The notes under the pieces are model-generated. The model saw nothing but the letters and a program-made list of their open reading frames with translations, was not told where the DNA came from and did no database searches. The position numbers and the translations under genes are program-made. DNA of 64,000 nt from Basidiobolus meristosporus CBS 931.73. Lineage: Eukaryota > Fungi > Basidiobolomycota. The DNA is taken from assembly GCA_002104905.1 (NCBI GenBank), contig MCFE01000236.1:56016-120015 (forward strand), written 5' to 3'. This document shows positions 61,158 to 64,000 of the stretch, piece by piece (the first letter of the stretch is position 1; every line of letters begins with the position of its first letter).

Positions 61158-64000
61158 TGTTACAAGTCTTGGTATAAGAGTTGTAGAGGAATAGGGAGTT
61201 TAGCTAGTATTGTATTCACTAAAACTTGAACTGATTTTTATTGAAGTTCCAGCAGCTCCTTATATACATTTTGCCAGATCAATTGCTGACTAATTGTATT
61301 TCCTAATGTAGGTTGTGGCTGATGACTCATTTGATTGCATCATCATCACCCAATAAGATCCTACTTAATATATCTATTTCTGTCTGATAAGGATCTGCTG
61401 ATTTATTTGCTGACTAATGCTACTGATTTCATAGAAAATACTGATATACTGATAACCTAAGCATATACTAATTGATTTGACTAAAAACTGATCTAACTTA
61501 AACATTCAAGCAGCAGATCATAACATTCTCCCCTACTAAAGTTGAGAGGGTTCTCCTGAATCTCTTTTCTTGTGATACCAACATCTTGATGGTTCAGTAT
61601 TATCAGCAAGTCTTGCAAGCTTGAGTCTGTCCCTATGCACTAAGTCTTCCCAGATATTGCCTTGTTTGTCCACCAGTTGGTAAGTTGCAAATGGACATTC
61701 TCTGATGATCTTGAATGGTCCTGTCCATTGTGGCTCAAACTTCTTCCAAGTGTTGTTTCTTAGCAATACAAAGTTCCCAACTGTCAACGCTTCTGGTGCT
61801 ATAGTCTTATCAAATCTCTGCTTCATCTTTTCTGCACTTTGAGATACTTTGGTCTGCGCCTCTTGACATCTTTGTTCCAGTTGCTGGTGTCTGCTTGGCT
61901 GACTGAGCTCATCTTCTAAGGTGTCTACAAGCTTTGGTTGTGTGAGATCTCCTGGAATCCTTGGTTCACATCCATACGCTAAGTAAAATGGTGATTGCTG
62001 GGTGGTGTTGTGTACTCTGACTCTGCATGCAAAGAGTGCTTGATCTATATACTCATCCCATCTACTGACAACTCCATTTGCATACTTGGTGAGCATTTTT
62101 CCAAATAATCCATTAAGCCGCTCAGTGACTCCATTAGTTCTGGGGTGATATGCCGAGGTTTTCAAGTGTCTGATCTGCTGCATTTCCAGGTAAGCCTCTA
62201 ATGTCTTTGCCATAAAGTTTGCTCCTCTATCAGATAAGATCTCTACAGGGCATCCAAACTTCATCAGGATCTCATGGTAAATGAAACTTGCAACTTCTTG
62301 TTCACTGGCTATTGGTACAGCTTTAGCAACTGGCCATTTAGTGGCATGGTCAATTGCTACTAGGATCCAACGGTTGCATTTCCTGGTAGTTGGCAGTCTT
62401 CCAATAAAGTCAATTCCCCATCTCTCAAATGGTCTTACAGGCTCCAAAGGGAAGAGTTTGGCAATTCTTTGTGGCTGGCCTTGATTGATTTGGCAGTTTG
62501 GGCATGTTTTTACTAGCTTCTCAATGTCTTGTTTCATTCTGGGCCACCATGCTCTGGCTTTCACAAGGCTATAGGTTCCTTCAATCCCAAGATGTCCATA
62601 TCCATTGTGTAGCTTATGTATTAAATCCAGGCAAGCAACATAAGGACAATAGGCAATAGGGCTTCCATCAACAATTTGGTAGAGTGTTTCATCCTGTACA
62701 ACAAATTTGCTGGCTTCATCACGGATTATCTTCTTGATATCTTCATCAACCTCATTAGGAATGGCTTGGTCCTCCAAGTACTTTGGTAATAGGCTAGGCC
62801 AATCTGATTCATGCACCAAGTTGAGTTGTGCAACTTGATCTAATCTTGATAAGGCATCAGCAACCGTGTTGGTTTTTCCAGGGCAGTAGACAATCTCCAG
62901 GTCAAATTGCTGAATGTATTCACTCCATCTTGTCATTCTTCTAGAGAGTACCTTCTGAGTAAATATATACTTGAGGGAGGCATGATCAGTCTTCACAGTG
63001 CATTTGAATCCTTCAATATAGCATCTCCATGTCTTCAAACAGTGTATTATAGGAAGCATCTCCTTCTCATGGACTGGATAGTTTTGTTCTGCTGAGTTCA
63101 GTTTCTTGGATTCAAAGGCAACAGGGTAGTCCTTTCCCTTGTGTTCTTGGCTCAGCACTCCACCAATTGCATAATCTGAAGCATCTGTGCACAGAGTGAA
63201 CTCTTTTCTGAAGTCTGGTATTCTTAAGCTTGGCAGCTTAGCAAGTTCATTCTTGAGCATCTGGAAGGCAGTCTCACAAGCTATGTCCCACTTGTAGGTA
63301 TTGTCTTTCTTGAGCATATCAGTCAAAGGGGCCGCAACACTTGCAAATGACTTGACAAATCTCCAATAATAGGAAACCATTCCAAGGAATGATCTGATCT
63401 CTGATATGCTATGGGGCTGTTTCAGATTCTTGATTACTTCCACCTTCTTTGGGTCTAAGGTTACTCCTGTGCTAGTCACTATGTGTACCAGGTATGCAAT
63501 GTGCTCCTTGAAGAATTCACACTTGGCTAGCTTGCCATATAGCTTGTTCTCTCTTAGTTTCTTCAAGACCTTTTCAATGTGCACTACGTGATCCTCTTCT
63601 GTCTTGCTGTATATCAATATGTCATCCAGGTAGATTATCACAAACTTGTCTAAGTACTCCTGAAAGACAGTCTGCATCAGCGTCATGAATGTTGCAGGGG
63701 CATTAGTGAGGCCAAAACTCATGACTAAGTACTTGTAATGTCCATATCTGGTCCTAAATGCTGTCTTAGGAATATCTTCTGGTTTCACTCTAATTTGGTT
63801 GTATCCTGACATGAGGTCAATCTTGCTGAAAATAGTGGCTCCATTAAGTTGGTCCAAAAGCTCATCAATTCGAGGTATGGGGTACTTATTCTTGACGGTA
63901 ACTGAGTTCAGGGCTCTGTAGTCAATGCACATCCTAAGTGTTCCATCCTTCTTTTTCACAAAAAGCACTGGTGCTCCCCAGGGTGACTTGCTGGGCCTGA
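61158..64000 (-). mobile_element. Ty3/gypsy element, 3' part (3' LTR 61158-61525, PPT, pol); continues beyond the window
   Basis: PPT AGGGGAGAA before TGTTATG; the LTR ends GTAACA. Inserted in the U5 of a copia-1 5' LTR. Confidence 0.88.
61536..64000 (-). CDS. Gypsy pol (RT, RNase H, integrase), open for more than 810 codons
   Basis: [30 protein letters not shown], integrase HHCC (LHNGYGH...CPNC), WGIDF, SDRG, NGVTER and GPF. No chromodomain. Confidence 0.92.
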   Translation of the reverse strand, partial: RPSKSPWGAPVLFVKKKDGTLRMCIDYRALNSVTVKNKYPIPRIDELLDQLNGATIFSKIDLMSGYNQIRVKPEDIPKTAFRTRYGHYKYLVMSFGLTNAPATFMTLMQTVFQEYLDKFVIIYLDDILIYSKTEEDHVVHIEKVLKKLRENKLYGKLAKCEFFKEHIAYLVHIVTSTGVTLDPKKVEVIKNLKQPHSISEIRSFLGMVSYYWRFVKSFASVAAPLTDMLKKDNTYKWDIACETAFQMLKNELAKLPSLRIPDFRKEFTLCTDASDYAIGGVLSQEHKGKDYPVAFESKKLNSAEQNYPVHEKEMLPIIHCLKTWRCYIEGFKCTVKTDHASLKYIFTQKVLSRRMTRWSEYIQQFDLEIVYCPGKTNTVADALSRLDQVAQLNLVHESDWPSLLPKYLEDQAIPNEVDEDIKKIIRDEASKFVVQDETLYQIVDGSPIAYCPYVACLDLIHKLHNGYGHLGIEGTYSLVKARAWWPRMKQDIEKLVKTCPNCQINQGQPQRIAKLFPLEPVRPFERWGIDFIGRLPTTRKCNRWILVAIDHATKWPVAKAVPIASEQEVASFIYHEILMKFGCPVEILSDRGANFMAKTLEAYLEMQQIRHLKTSAYHPRTNGVTERLNGLFGKMLTKYANGVVSRWDEYIDQALFACRVRVHNTTQQSPFYLAYGCEPRIPGDLTQPKLVDTLEDELSQPSRHQQLEQRCQEAQTKVSQSAEKMKQRFDKTIAPEALTVGNFVLLRNNTWKKFEPQWTGPFKIIRECPFATYQLVDKQGNIWEDLVHRDRLKLARLADNTEPSRCWYHKKRDSGEPSQL

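Larger units (their letters stand above)
19482..64000. other. Gene-free, CpG-depleted block of nested transposons
   Basis: By-eye counts: 17 CpG in bases 1-300, against 1 CpG in 19482-20908 and 13 CpG in 61561-64000. Only TE-derived sequence recognised. Confidence 0.9.

Noticed and set aside
21000-61200. Many 60-160 aa ORFs antisense to or overlapping TE ORFs; possible stop read-through or selenocysteine use
   Set aside because: Stops differ between copies and match C>T decay. The antisense ORFs recur only because the TE copies recur.
61536-61700. Chromodomain at the end of the gypsy integrase
   Set aside because: The ORF ends about 40 aa after the GPF motif with no aromatic-cage pattern.
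19482-64000. CRISPR-like or tRNA/rRNA arrays among the repeats
   Set aside because: The repeats are dispersed LTRs, TIRs and TE copies. No regular repeat-spacer array or RNA-gene signature was seen.

Overview
This window is eukaryotic, fungal-type DNA in two sharply separated compartments. (1) Positions 1 to about 19,480 are gene-dense and CpG-normal, with short GT-AG introns of 52-66 nt. They encode neutral trehalase (5'-truncated), a mitochondrial carnitine carrier, a FEX fluoride exporter, a DUF3759/CipC-like protein with a Q/N/G/Y tail, a 3xKH RNA-binding protein, a pRiA4b-ORF3-like protein, an FMP52/TIP30-like Rossmann protein, a small membrane protein, COP9 subunit 4, a C2H2 zinc-finger gene and a possible cryptic two-exon gene. 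(2) Positions about 19,480 to 64,000 form a gene-free block of nested, decayed transposons, roughly 10-fold depleted in CpG. It holds three long copies plus fragments of a CACTA/CMC-like DNA transposon (ends CCCTATG, CACTATG or CCCTACA) whose Tnp2-type transposase sits head-to-head with an unknown ~690-aa ORF. It also holds two Ty1/copia families with half-tRNA-type PBS, two Ty3/gypsy families, a PIF/Harbinger-ISL2EU-like DDE transposase remnant that the ORF track mostly misses, and a ~710-bp foldback element sharing that remnant's TIR. All coordinates, splice junctions and alignments were made by eye and no database search was run. Family names come from recognised motifs. The species is not determinable, though an early-diverging fungus is plausible. 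No rRNA, tRNA or CRISPR was seen.
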